A stretch of DNA of 38,028 nt from Tubiluchus corallicola (GCA_030141605.1 JAQGDQ010001496.1:1-38028), one strand, 5' to 3'. Numbered from the stretch's first letter, positions 1 to 12,392 are shown. Translations and numbers: made by a program. The notes: generated by a model from the sequence alone, not told the origin.

Positions 1-919
1 TGCAGGTAAATCACTTGTGCAGACAACTTTGCCACTGTTTTTCATTTTTTTACCTGTGCAGGTAAATCACTTGTGTAGACAACTTTGCCTCTGTTTTTAA
101 TTTGTTTTACATGTGCAGGTAAATCACTTGTGCAGACAACTTTGCCACTGTTTTTCATTTTTTTACCTGTGCAGGTAAATCACTTGTGCAGACAACTTTG
201 CCACTGTTTTTCATTTTTTTACCTGTGCAGGTAAATCACTTGTGTAGACAACTTTGCCTCTGTTTTTAATTTGTTTTACCTGTGCAGGTAAATCACCTGT
301 GTAGACAGCTTTGCCACTGTTTTTAATTTGTTTTACCTGTGCAGATAAATCACTTGTGTAGATAACTTTGCCACTGTTTGTAATTTTTGTTACCTGTGCA
401 GGTAAATCACTTGTGTAGACAACTTTGCCTCTGTTTTTAGTTTGTTTTACCTGTGCAGATAAATCACTTGTGTAGACAACTTTGCCACTGTTTGTAATTT
501 TTGTTACCTGTGCAGGTAAATCACTTGTGCAGACAACTTTGCCTCAGTTTTTAATTTATTTACCTTTGCAGGTAAATCACTTGTGTAGACAACATTGCCT
601 CTGTTTTTAATTTGTTTTACCTGTGCAGATAAATCACTTGTGTAGACAACTTTGCCACTGTTTGTAATTTTTTTTACCTGTGCAGGTAAATCACCTGTGT
701 AGACAACATTGCCTCTGTTTTTCATTTTTCTTACCTGTGCAGGTAAATCACTTGTGTAGACAACATTGCCTCTGTTTTTAGTTTTTTACCTGTGCAGGTA
801 AATCACTTGTGTAGATAACTTTGCCACTGTTTGTAATTTTTTTTACCTGTGCAGGTAAATCACCTGTGTAGACAACATTGCCTCTGTTTTTCATTTTTCT
901 TACCTGTGCAGGTAAATCA
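1..919. repeat. 55-57 bp tandem repeat, at least 16 units, running off the window start; last unit supplies the splice acceptor of the TTLL exon at 912
   Basis: TGCAG(G/A)TAAATCAC recurs at 1,57,114,170,226,283,340,397,454,511,567,624,681,738,793,850,907. Confidence 0.97.
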
Positions 920-1096
920 TTCTCCCAGTTTCAACACCGACTCTCAGCTGGATAGAGAAATCAAAGAGGCTCTCATTTTCGACACGCTCGCCATGTTGCA
1001 TTTCAGTCTGTGCGACCGCAGGAAGTGCATCGAGGAGGAGAGGAAGCGTGTAAAAGAGCGACTGTTCGTTAAGAATTCAAGCAAGGAGAACAACAA
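912..1096 (+). CDS. TTLL6: TTLL6/TTLL13-like tubulin polyglutamylase, internal exon (end of TTL domain)
   Basis: cag| acceptor at 911, |gtaatg donor at 1097 (phase 2). VNHSPSFNTDSQLDREIKEALIFDTL...CDRRKCIEEERKR matches the (LLE)VNHSPSFxTDSxLD motif of TTLL6/13. Cannot distinguish TTLL6 from TTLL13 by eye. Confidence 0.92.
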
Positions 1097-1161
1097 GTAA
1101 TGATCTTTATTGGTGTGTAAATGATTTCAGTGTCGAGTTTCTTCTTCTTTTTTTTTGTTAT

Positions 1162-1523
1162 GGGCCACGGGCAATGTGTTGTCACGTTTCTCACGGGCCA
1201 CGGGCAATGTTGTCACGTTTCTCACGGGCCACGGGCAATGTTGTCACGTTTCTCACGGGCCACGCGCTTGTCATTCTCACGGCCACGGGCAATGTTGTCA
1301 CGTTTCTCACGGGCCAGCGCGTCGTCGTTCTCACGGCCACGGGCAATGTTGTCACGTTTCTCACGGGCCACGGGCAATGTTGTCACGTTTCTCACGAGCC
1401 ACGGGCAATGTTGTCACGTTTCTCACGGGCCACGGGCAATGTTGTCACGTTTCTCACGGGCCACGGGCAATGTTGTCACGTTTCTCACGGGCCACGGGCA
1501 ATGTTGTCACGTTTTCTCAGCCA
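1162..1523. repeat. 31-bp GC-rich minisatellite, about 11 units
   Basis: GGGCCACGGGCAATGTTGTCACGTTTCTCAC at 1195, 1226, 1257 etc., with two shorter variant units. Confidence 0.95.
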
Positions 1524-1669
1524 TTTGATGTTGATAAAGATTTTACTGTTTTGTTTTCCATTTGTCTTTGCTTTTGAACTGACACTCTTATCACTTTTGA
1601 AACTCTCACTTCAAAAGTTTCAGTTTACTTGGCGTATTTTGCAGAATTGTCTGAACTTTTTATCACAGA

Positions 1670-1925
1670 TTAGTATGACTTACTTTATTGTTTATTACAA
1701 ATGACTAGATTCTACAATTGCTGTTTATTACATTTTAGTATAAACTATAATTACTATTTATTCCAAATTAGTAGAATTTTCAATTTCTGTTTATTACACA
1801 TTAGTGCAATCAACAATTGTTGTTTATTACAGTCTTCAATTATAATATATTACAAGTTATTACAATCTACAATTACTGTTTATTACAGATATTACAATCT
1901 ACAGTTAATATTTATTACAATATTA
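1670..1925. repeat. Degenerate AT-rich tandem repeat
   Basis: Irregular recurrence of CAATT.CTGTTTATTACA. Confidence 0.6.
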
Positions 1926-1939
1926 CCTTTCACTTACAG

Positions 1940-2128
1940 ACAAGAAAGAGGTGACAATGACTCGGACATCTCAACCATTGTGGAGGAGTATGAACAGTCC
2001 CACTGCGGAGATTTTCGCCGGATTTATCCGTTAGCCGGTCTTACGGAGAAGTACGACAGGTACATGAACGAGAGTACCTCCGTGCTGAAGCTGACCGCAG
2101 CATCCAAAGCTAGAGAGGAATGTGCTAG
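1940..2128 (+). CDS. TTLL6: TTLL6/13-like internal exon
   Basis: cttacag| and |gtgaga, phase 2 to 2. YEQSHCGDFRRIYP...EKYDRY...TAASKAREECAR matches the TTLL6/13 GGFRxIYP...TxASxAREE region. Confidence 0.92.
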
Positions 2129-2990
2129 GTGAGATGGTTATTGAATTGATGCGATTTAGCATTTTTGGATCGAGTCCTGCTTTAGGTGTGAAGCATTCGT
2201 TTGATTGGTCACCATTTCATCATTTTCCATTTTCAAATTTTTTGTTCAACTTTAGACAGGACATATTCACCAATAGGCCCATGGCCTAGGCCCTAGGGTG
2301 TCAAATTTTGAGGGGCATCATATTTTAGGGGCTCAGTGTTGATAAATTCTTATTCTTGAAAAGTGCATTCCTTTTCATATTCACATGAAGCGCGTATTTT
2401 ATAACACACTGCAAGCAGTTATTTAGTCCACTTCTATATAACAGCTGTATCATGAGCAACTATGATTATTACATTAACTGCACAGCACTACAAACAGTTG
2501 TACTTTACCATATAAGCAGTATGGAAGTGATTAACGAGCCACGTAGCTACCAAACAACGGTGCGACTAATACACCACAAATAATCGTGTTTCTTATACAT
2601 ACAAATAACCGTAGACCCACAATAAAGATGGGCGGAACTGAGCTATCAGCGTGAGGTGCGCGGTAATGTTTTGATGTGCTCCTGCCTTTAGGCTGAGCTG
2701 ACAACGGTGAATTGCTCTGTTATCATAGAGAATTTCTTCAATGTGCAGATTGTAGCATTAAGTTTAAGCTAGAAAACTGAAGTCGGAAAGGATCAATGGC
2801 GGATTCATTGTCGGTTTTTACTATTTCACATCTTTGGTGGTTCAAGGTCATTATCACTTATGGCTTCTATATAGGGATAACTAGTGAGAGAAGCTGCTAA
2901 ATTTCCCCAGCAAATTAATACATTGAACAAAAGTAACCGCAAATGATAATTCTGACTAGGTGAATGTACTGATGATCAAGGCATGTGCTT

Positions 2991-3070
2991 CATGACCAAA
3001 GTTAAGTAATGTCAAGGTTGGTCAGCAAGCAAATGGGTGACCACTGGGGTAGATACTAGCTCTGATTGTC
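2991..3070 (+). mobile_element. Decayed 5S rRNA-derived (SINE-like) fragment
   Basis: AAGTTAAG..TGGTCAG..ATGGGTGACC..TGGG resembles the 5S internal control region (A box to C box). Confidence 0.5.
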
Positions 3071-3660
3071 TACCTCATTGAACAGGGATATATTTATGTT
3101 TTGTGGCTTATCTTGGTGGATCATCTTTGATCCTTATCTGTTGTGAAAGTCATGTTTGAGGTTGTAGATGAATCACTTTGTAGAAAAGAATAAACAACTA
3201 TACTACATATTTGCACAAAACTGAAAAGCGTTTATTAGACTACATACACTGAAAACTGAGAACAAGAGTGTCCTGCAATGATCACTGAGAGTTAGACAGT
3301 GACACGACTGCTGCACTGCACTGAGAGTGAGACAGTGACTAGAAAGTAAATCCAGTCAGTATGTATAGGTATAGGCGATTATGCAAACTTGGCTTCACAA
3401 AAACCATTACTGTAAAATAGGGAGAGATCCAGTGAATATGCATTCACTGGACCGTACAATTATACTGGGGGTGAGTTTAGCTAGCAAATGTAAAATGATT
3501 AGTTCATAGATGGCAGCACTTACTAAAAAATATACAGTTACAATTGCCACATCTGTCTTAAAAACAAAAAAGTGTATCAGTCAAAATAAAATAAAATTTG
3601 AAAATTGCATTTCTTTCTTTGAAGTCTTGTAATGATGTTGCCACGGTAGTCTGTCCAACA

Positions 3661-4140
3661 CAGAGGTGTGCAAATTATCTGACTAGTCGTGCCACATTAA
3701 ACTTTCCCGCAATTCCTGCGGACCACAGGCAGTTTGATCAAGGAGCCAAGTACAGTAGGACCTAATAAAGATTTTTTACATCCGATTTGCGTACATCATT
3801 ACTACTACACTCAAGAAACTATTTTAGAAGTTACAAAATTTATATTACAAACCATGTATTTCTACTTTGAGGGCAGATAGTGGTAATTTCATTACAATGC
3901 ATATTAGTAATGTGTATCACACAGTCTGTGTAGTACAGTGACATTAAGCTACAACCATCTTGTAAGGGTTAATGGCATCCGATCTAGTAGAAAAAAATAA
4001 CCGCACTATCTTTCGGATCATGGCACGGACTTCAGCTGGATACACTCAATTAATCGCTCGGGCCGCACTTTCATTAGGTTGACAAATCTTTTCGCGGGCC
4101 GCACAAATTCTCTCGGCGGGCCGCAATTTACACACCCCTG
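3661..4140 (-). mobile_element. Non-autonomous hAT (Charlie/Buster-like) MITE, family A, 480 bp
   Basis: Termini CAGAGGTGTGCAAA / TTTACACACCCCTG; 8-bp TSD gtccaaca/gtctaaca; GGCCCG subterminal motifs; reverse complement of the copies at 11588 and 24987. Confidence 0.9.
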
Positions 4141-4197
4141 GTCTAACATAAGAGGCTGTTCAATTCCGAGTCACAACAACATTTCTGTTTTATAAAG

Positions 4198-4378
4198 GCA
4201 GCAGTTGGAGGAGCTTAAACTGAAGCAGGAGAAGACGAACACTCTGATGGGCAAAGCCCCCCGAGAAACGAATGAATCAAGCGGGCGTCCCGAGAGCCCC
4301 AGGATCAAGCGTGCGCGAACTAAGCCAGGGGGTAATGTGGTCAAGCGAACTCCGCCACGCAAACCTCTCATTGCAAAG
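4198..4378 (+). CDS. TTLL6: TTLL6/13-like internal exon
   Basis: aag| and |gtgaga, phase 2 to 0. RQQLEELKLKQEK continues the conserved ARQxxxELxLK helix. Confidence 0.88.
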
Positions 4379-5144
4379 GTGAGAATGCAGAGACTTCTCA
4401 TAGACTGTTTGGCCAATTTAAGCAATGATTTTTATTTTTTTTTAATTATCATTTTTATTTATTATTATTATCACGTTCAGTACAATATAATGACATTAAG
4501 CACACAGTGACATTAAAATTATTACATCTACTGTATTAAATTCTTATGTTCCATACACTATCGTTATCATAAAAGAATAATTGTACTGCAGTGGACTAGA
4601 GAAGCAAAGGCTTGTATAAGCCCACTGTCATGTGAACCTGATAAAAAAAAGAATGGATGAGTGAACAAAAAAAAAGAACCGGGAGAAAGGTTAGATCACA
4701 CAGGAAGGGTAAAAAATATATAAAAAATATGAGATTTGAGTGAAGTAGTTTTTATTAATCCTAATGATTAATAAAAGAAATATTAAATATTTAGTGGATG
4801 TCGTTGAAAAAATGTGCAAAGTTTAGACTACAATAATAATTAAAGTATTTTGCAAATTTGAAATTTCACAACATTATATTTCAATATCTTAAACGCTGAC
4901 TATGAAAGTTTATATAATTTTATATGCGGTTATTTAGGATATGTGTAATTGTAATATCTGTATTGTATTACTCTTCTTTATTTTGATCTTAAGTACTAAT
5001 TTTTTATGTATATAATTGTTTATGTTAGTGTCTACTAATCTTATAATTGTAATTTTTCTCTTAAGTAATTTTGTACTTTTTTTTATAATTTTAATGTGAA
5101 CTGTACGTTAGAAATAAATAATATAAATATTGTCTGTTAAACAG

Positions 5145-5303
5145 CGGAAAGTGGAGGTGGCAAGTTGGATGCCAGGAATCATCTCAGTAGCGGAGGAGAA
5201 TCAGCGATTGCTCGCGATGAGGAAGCGAGATCAGTTGGTGCGTGAAACGGGAATTGCAGGCTTTCTCAATCAGATGCTGAATTGTACTATTATTTACAAA
5301 CAG
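5145..5303 (+). CDS. TTLL6: TTLL6/13-like internal exon
   Basis: cag| and |gtacgt, phase 0 to 0. EENQRLLAMRKRDQLVRETGI resembles the EExxRxxxxxxRxxLxRxxGI block of the family. Confidence 0.8.
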
Positions 5304-5557
5304 GTACGTTATGCGATATTGTGTCGGTACGTGTCGTTGCGTGTCGCTTCACATAGTTTCATGCATGCTTATGCCATGTGTTTTGACCCCCCTTTTTGTC
5401 CAGTATCTGATATGTGAAGTAGCCAAGCTTAAATTGCACTAACAATACAGTTTGCAAAATTATCTGTAAGATTACATGTTATACCAGTACAGAGAGCAAC
5501 AATTCTGTTTTTTCTTTAAGATCCTTGTGTTTCTTACGTAGTTTAAGTGTGTTTTAT

Positions 5558-5800
5558 GGTGACCAGTAAAAAAGTCACAATGTTGTCTAGGAAAAAAGTC
5601 ACAATCAAGTTTGTCAATAATGAGGATTATGTTTAGGGAAATATGAATTCAGGTAAAAAAGTCACAGGTAAAAAGCCGCAGAAAAAAAAGAGATATCCCT
5701 AACCATAACCATAACCAAACCATAACACTAATGCTAACCCAAACTTAACACTAACCCTAACCTAACACTAATGCTAACTTAAACTTAACACTAACCCTAA
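5558..5800. repeat. Interspersed-repeat fragment with AAAAAGTCACA motifs and degenerate TAACCC-like tract
   Basis: Three to four AAAAAAGTCACA-like motifs (5568-5680), then CTAACC/TAACAC variants (5697-5800). Confidence 0.55.
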
Positions 5801-7316
5801 AAGTAACATTCAGATTACAGAATGGTTCCACATATTCTGAACTTGGCTGGTATAGTGATTTTAAATGAAATGTGTCTCATCACTCTATATTATTTCTAAG
5901 TTGAGTTAATCCATGTTGAAGTTGAGGTGCAGGCTGCACACTGAAAAACATAATCTTGAGAAAAACGCTGTTAAATTTAGCCATTGTTTTTTGTCGCGTT
6001 TCTACAAAACACTTAGCAACCGTACAAATGTTAGTTGCTATGCACTTTGCATGAACACATTGAAGTTATGCTTAAATCCAGTAGATGGCTCTTCCTGACG
6101 AAGATTTGTGCTTGTCAACAGAAAAAGCTGAAGCAAAATGACAGTTTCTGTGAGCTACTACAGGAGTTTGAAAATAGGAGTTTTTTACAATTGCAGTACT
6201 ATTTTCTAGACACAGATGTGGATAAGGAATTATAAAATTTGATTTTTATTACTTTTTGTACATTTTCTTGAAAATTTGATGCTAGAATATAAAAGACCAA
6301 TATATATTTAGCATTTGTTTTTATGAAAAGACAAAAAATTAACATTCGACCAAATTTATTTTAACTAAGCCGACTTATGAACAGTTATGGTTGGCAAGCA
6401 AGCGTATACAATATGAACAGGAAAAGGGTTCTGTTTGCATCTTGGTACCCATGAAACTGTTTTTGCTTCCAGATGCCGCTAGAAGTTATTTAGTTTTAAA
6501 GTCATTTTCTTACCTTGAATCTGGATTAAGAGATTCAAGATTTTAGTTTTTCAGTTGTCTTTGGTTTCTGTGCTACCATCTTATAAAAAAAACTCCAACA
6601 ACATAATTGTGTACCTTGTATCGTTTAATCTGAAAACAAATAAGATAAATTTATATAATTTTGCTCAATTTTACGGTGAAATCTAAACCAAATTGATCTA
6701 ACTAACTTTAACAAAGTTTAACGCAAATTATAAAATATAATCTCTAGTCTTTTTAATAAACAAAGGTTCAAGATTTAAGAAATTAAGAAATCAACTTACA
6801 TGGTGATCTTCTATAATTGTAATTATGAAATTATAACAACAAATCAATGAATGACGCTAAACAATCTGTAACTGCAGTGTGTGAACGCCTGAGTTACTCC
6901 AATCTACAGGTAAGTGTACAGGTAAAAGACCGGTCACATGACCTGCTTAAAAGGAAACCAATTTATAACAGAAAAGAGGGGGCAGCACAAGTTTAAATCA
7001 GCTCAATTGCATCTCAGATAAAACAGTTTTCTCATATGAATTGTGGATAAATGTATTAAAGTAAAATAGCAAGATTTATAAATTACGATTGACTATGGAT
7101 TGTAGTAAAACTGAAGAACCGCGGAAAAATGACCAGCACGGTCATCGGTGTTTGTCGTAAATCTTTGTTTTGCTACACTTCATGTTTACCCGGTGTTTTC
7201 ATTTCATTTCTTATTTGTTGTTGTGTAAACAAATGTTCATAAACAATTATTTTACTCTACACAACATGATCGTATAGAATGTCATATTTTGCTGAAAATT
7301 TTTTCTATTCTTTCAG

Positions 7317-7349
7317 CCTGGAGAGCACGTTTTTTCAATAGTCAATTTG
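7317..7349 (+). CDS. Probable 33-nt microexon of the TTLL gene (PGEHVFSIVNL)
   Basis: Strong acceptor ttttttctattctttcag| and consensus donor |gtaagt; phase 0 to 0, open; no homology support. Confidence 0.65.
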
Positions 7350-7660
7350 GTAAGTGTCTCAAACGTGCATTTTATATGATACACCTACATGACTAATAAT
7401 AATAGTGATAGCAGTACATTATAATAGTAAATTTTATTTAGCTTCGTAGACTTAATGCAATAGGTAAGATGTTAGTGCATTTTATACAGATAAATATGAG
7501 CAGAGGCGATGAAAGATAATACCTCTAATTAGTCGGTCACCCCTAATTAGATATCACTAACGTTAATACTATGCCTTAATCATCAAAATTATAATTACAT
7601 TAATTCATTGAATATGCAATAAATTCTATATCATACATACATACATATATTATCTACAAT

Positions 7661-7947
<287 letters not shown>

Positions 7948-8185
7948 TCTACAATGCTTTCTTATACGAACGTAAGCAGAGAGTGAGATTAGATAATAAA
8001 ATGGTAATAGTAAAAATTATGCAGTAATAAATTATGGGAGTAAATTAATAATATTAAATGAACTAAACTAAAACATGTAAAATTGCTGGACAATTATGTA
8101 TGTAAAACATCTTTCTTCTCATTTGCAGAATATTTGTGTTTTTAAATTGTTTATTTGTGGTCTGATTAATGCATTGTGCTTCAGG

Positions 8186-8895
8186 CAAATGATTAATTTA
8201 ATAACTTTCTTTTACTTCATTAACATTTAGAGTGAAAATTACGGACTCTAACCTGTGCACACGAGTCATTAATTCACAAATGATTAATTTAATAACTTTC
8301 TTTTACTTCATTAACATTTAGAGTGAAAATTGAGGACTCTAACCTGTGCACAGGAGTCATTAATTCACAAATGATTAATTTAATAACTTTCTTTTACTTC
8401 ATTAACATTTAGAGTGAAAATTGCGGAATCTAACCTCTGCACACGAGTCATTAATTCACAAATGATTAATTTAATAACTTTCTTTTACTTCATTAACATT
8501 TAGAGTGAAAATTACGGACTCTAACCTGTGCACACGAGTCATTAATTCACAAATGATTAATTTAATAACTTTCTTTTACTTCATTAACATTTAGAGTGAA
8601 AATTGCGGACTCTAACCTGTGCACACGAGTCATTAATTCACAAATGATTAATTTAATAACTTTCTTTTACTTCATTAACATTTAGAGTGAAAATTACGGA
8701 CTCTAACCTGTGCACACGAGTCATTAATTCACAAATGATTAATTTAATAACTTTCTTTTACTTCATTAACATTTAGAGTGAAAATTGCGGAATCTAACCT
8801 GTGCACACGAGTCATTAATTCACAAATGATTAATTTAATAACTTTCTTTTACTTCATTAACATTTAGAGTGAAAATTACGGACTCTAACCTGTGC
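8186..8895. repeat. 91-bp tandem repeat, about 7.8 nearly identical units
   Basis: CAAATGATTAATTTAATAAC at 8186, 8277, 8368, 8459, 8550, 8641, 8732, 8823. Confidence 0.97.
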
Positions 8896-9019
8896 AAACT
8901 TGACTAATAGTTAAGAGTAATGTAATAAATTAATAATGTAATGTAATAAATAATATTATTGATAAACTCAGTGGATGATGTTTAATGATGTGACTACATT
9001 CACATTTTTCTTTTCTTAG

Positions 9020-9190
9020 GATCCACATTTAGCTGCTCCGTTGGGCATCACCAGTAACAGTAGTTTCCAGGCTATCAAACCTGCAGACGAGCAACTCAAC
9101 AATCTGCACATCATATTCAAACAGATGGCGCTGGGGTCGGAGTGGTCAAAGAAAAATAACTTGGAGAGGTTTAGGCCTCCGACAACTCAG
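9020..9190 (+). CDS. TTLL gene C-terminal-region exon
   Basis: ttttcttag| and cag|gtatca, phase 0 to 0, open (DPHLAAPLG...RPPTTQ), GC higher than flanks. Confidence 0.75.
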
Positions 9191-9483
9191 GTATCATGGG
9201 ATAACATGAACCGTCATATTTTTATTTTGCTTAATTTCTAGAACTCAGTGAAGAATCGTTGCATAAATACAAAATGCTTAATATGTAAATGAAACAGGTA
9301 GTCTTGCTTCAGCAGCCATTGCTGTTTACATTGTAAGAACTAAAAAAACAAGCAGTGAAATGAATCATTTGGCAGCAGTTGAGCTGTAGTGTGTGTACTT
9401 TCATTCACAGTACTTACACATGGCAAATGTTTTTGAAACTTCACTAACAAAAGTAGTGAACTAGATGACATCTAGTTCATGTT

Positions 9484-11155
9484 ACTTGAAGCAGTGACAT
9501 TTAGACTTGGTACAGTGACATCTAGACTTGGTACAGTGACATCTAGACTTGGTACAGTGACATCTAGACTTGGTACAGTGACATCTAGACTTGGTACAGT
9601 GACATCTAGACTTGGTACAGTGACATTTAGACTTGGTACAGTGACATCTAGACTTGGTACAGTGACATCTAGACTTGGTACAGTGACATCTAGACTTGGA
9701 GCAGTGACATCTAGACTTGGAGCAGTGACATCTAGACTTGGAGCAGTGACATCTAGACTTGGAGCAGTGACATCTAGACTTGGTACAGTGACATCTAGAC
9801 TTGGTACAGTGACATTTAGACTTGGTACAGTGACATCTAGACTTGGTACAGTGACATCTAGACTTGGTACAGTGACATCTAGACTTGGAGCAGTGACATC
9901 TAGACTTGGAGCAGTGACATCTAGACTTGGAGCAGTGACATCTAGACTTGGTACAGCGACATCTAGACTTGGTACAATGACATCTAGACTTGGTACAGTG
10001 ACATCTAGACTTGGAGCAGCGACATCTAGACTTGGTACAGTGACATCTAGACTTTGTACAGCGACATCTAGACTTGGTACAGCGACATCTAGACTTGGTA
10101 CAGTGACATCTAGACTTGGTACAGTGACATCTAGACTTGGTACAGTGACATCTAGACTTGGTACAGTGACATCTAGACTTGGTACAGTGACATATAGACT
10201 TGGAGCAGTGATATCTAGACTTGGAGCAGTGACATCTAGACTTGGAGCAGTGACATCTAGACTTGGAGCAGTGACATCTAGACTTGGTACAGTGACATCT
10301 AGACTTGGTACAGTGACATTTAGACTTGGTACAGTGACATCTAGACTTGGTACAGTGACATCTAGACTTGGTACAGTGACATCTAGACTTGGAGCAGTGA
10401 CATCTAGACTTGGAGCAGTAACATCTAGACTTGGTACAGCGACATCTAGACTTGGTACAATGACATCTAGACTTGGTACAGTGACATCTAGACTTGGAGC
10501 AGCGACATCTAGACTTGGTACAGCGACATCTAGACTTGGTACAGCGACATCTAGACTTGGTACAGCGACATCTAGACTTGGTACAGTGACATCTAGACTT
10601 GGTACAGTGACATCTAGACTTGGTACAGTGACATCTAGACTTGGTACAGTGACATCTAGACTTGGTACAGTGACATCTAGACTTGGTACAGTGACATATA
10701 GACTTGGTACAGTGACATCTAGACTTGGTACAGTGACATCTAGACTTGGTACAGTGACATCTAGACTTGGTACAGTGACATCTAGACTTGGTACAGTGAC
10801 ATCTAGACTTGGTACAGTGACATATAGACTTGGTACAGTGACATCTAGACTTGGAGCAGCGACATCTAGACTTGGTACAGTGACATCTAGACTTGGTACA
10901 GTGACATCTAGACTTGGTACAGTGACATCTAGACTTGGTACAGTGACATCTAGACTTGGTACAGTGACATCTAGACTTGGTACAGTGACATATAGACTTG
11001 GTACAGTGACATCTAGACTTGGTACAGTGACATATAGACTTGGAGCAGTGACATATAGACTTGGTACAATGACATCTAGACTTGGTACAGTGACATCTAG
11101 ACTTGGTACAGTGATATCTAGACTTGGAGCAGTGATATCTAGACTTGGTACAGTG
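9484..11155. repeat. 21-bp minisatellite, about 80 units
   Basis: GTGACATCTAGACTTGGTACA with variants (GGAGCA, CAGCG, CATTT, CATAT). Confidence 0.98.
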
Positions 11156-11267
11156 GCAAGTTTCACTAGTTTAACATGCTTAAACAACAAGCTTCATATT
11201 ATTATGGCTTTTGCTAATTCGAATATTTCAAACCTTTAAAACCTTCTGCTCATTTTGTTTGTTGCAG

Positions 11268-11390
11268 AAGCCATTGTATCATAACAACAGCTGTGAGTTT
11301 TTTAGCTCCGTTATTTGTCCCGACAAGAGGAATGATGTGTCGCCGGTCAAGAAGTGCTCAAATCCTGTAGAGCAGCAGGCGAGTAGCTCG
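11268..11390 (+). CDS. TTLL gene C-terminal-region exon
   Basis: ttgtttgttgcag| and |gtaggt, phase 0 to 0, open (KPLYHNNS...QQASSS). Confidence 0.72.
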
Positions 11391-11587
11391 GTAGGTTTCG
11401 TAATTTGACAGCTCGTGTGTTTGGTTACGCGTCGGTGAAAAAGAATATTTATTTCACGAGTGAATTTCTAATCATTCCATGACGTAATGCATGTAGAACA
11501 GTTTATATTAAAACAGGTAAAAATGCTTCTGTGATTTTATCATAAATTAACAATACAGTCATCATTATAAACATGAACAGTCTACAT

Positions 11588-12032
11588 CCGGGGTGTGCAA
11601 AATGCGGCCCGCCGAGAGAATTTGTGCGGCCCGCAAAGAGATTTGTCAACCTAATGAAAGTGCGGCCCGGGCGATTAATTGAGTGTATCCAGCTGAAGTC
11701 CATGCCAAAGATGGTGCGGGTAGTTTTTTCTACTAGATCGGACACCATTACTGTACTACACAGACTGTGTGATATACATTACTAATACGCATTGTAATGA
11801 AATTACCACTATCTGTCCTGAAAGTAGAAATATATGGTTTGTAATATAAATTTTAATAACTTCTAAAATAGTTTCATGAGTGTAGTAGTAATGATGTACG
11901 CAGGTTGGATGCAAAAAAAAATCGTTATTAGGCCTTTCTGTACTTGGCTCCTTGATCAAACTGCCTGTGGCCCACAGGAATTGCGGGAAAGTTTAATGTG
12001 GCCCGGTTAGTCAGATAATTTGCACAACCCTG
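11588..12032 (+). mobile_element. hAT MITE family A copy
   Basis: CCGGGGTGTGCAAA ... TTTGCACAACCCTG; body homologous to the 3661 and 24987 copies; no matching right TSD. Confidence 0.88.
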
Positions 12033-12300
12033 ATGTAGTGTATGACTGCATGGAGAAGCAGGTATTATAACTAACCTAAAAACAGTTTGGTACCATAATG
12101 TGCAAATAGTAAATAGGCTCGGATATACAGCTGGCGCTGGGGATATAATGAAAAAGAATATTTATTTGACGAGTGAATTTCGAATCATTTCATGACATAA
12201 TGCATGTAGAACAGTTTATATTAAAACAGGTAAAAATGCTTCTGTGATTTTATTATAAATTAACGATACAGTCATCTTTATAAACATGAACACTCTACAT

Positions 12301-12392
12301 CGGGGGTGTGCAAACTGCGGCCCGCCGAGAGAGTTTGTGCGGCTCGCGAAGAGATTTGTGGCCCGGCTAGTCAGATAATTTACACACCCCTG
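12301..12392 (+). mobile_element. hAT MITE family A, 92-bp internally deleted copy
   Basis: Both termini retained; TSD ctctacat/ctttacat. Confidence 0.85.

Noticed and set aside
1121-1704. Three overlapping Cys/His-rich ORFs
   Set aside because: 31-bp repeat cycling through all three frames; intronic
5697-5800. Telomeric (TAACCC)n tract
   Set aside because: Short, degenerate, intronic and attached to an interspersed-repeat motif
9472-11239. 572-aa and 586-aa ORFs on opposite strands
   Set aside because: Translations of a stop-free 21-bp minisatellite inside a TTLL intron; no flanking domain
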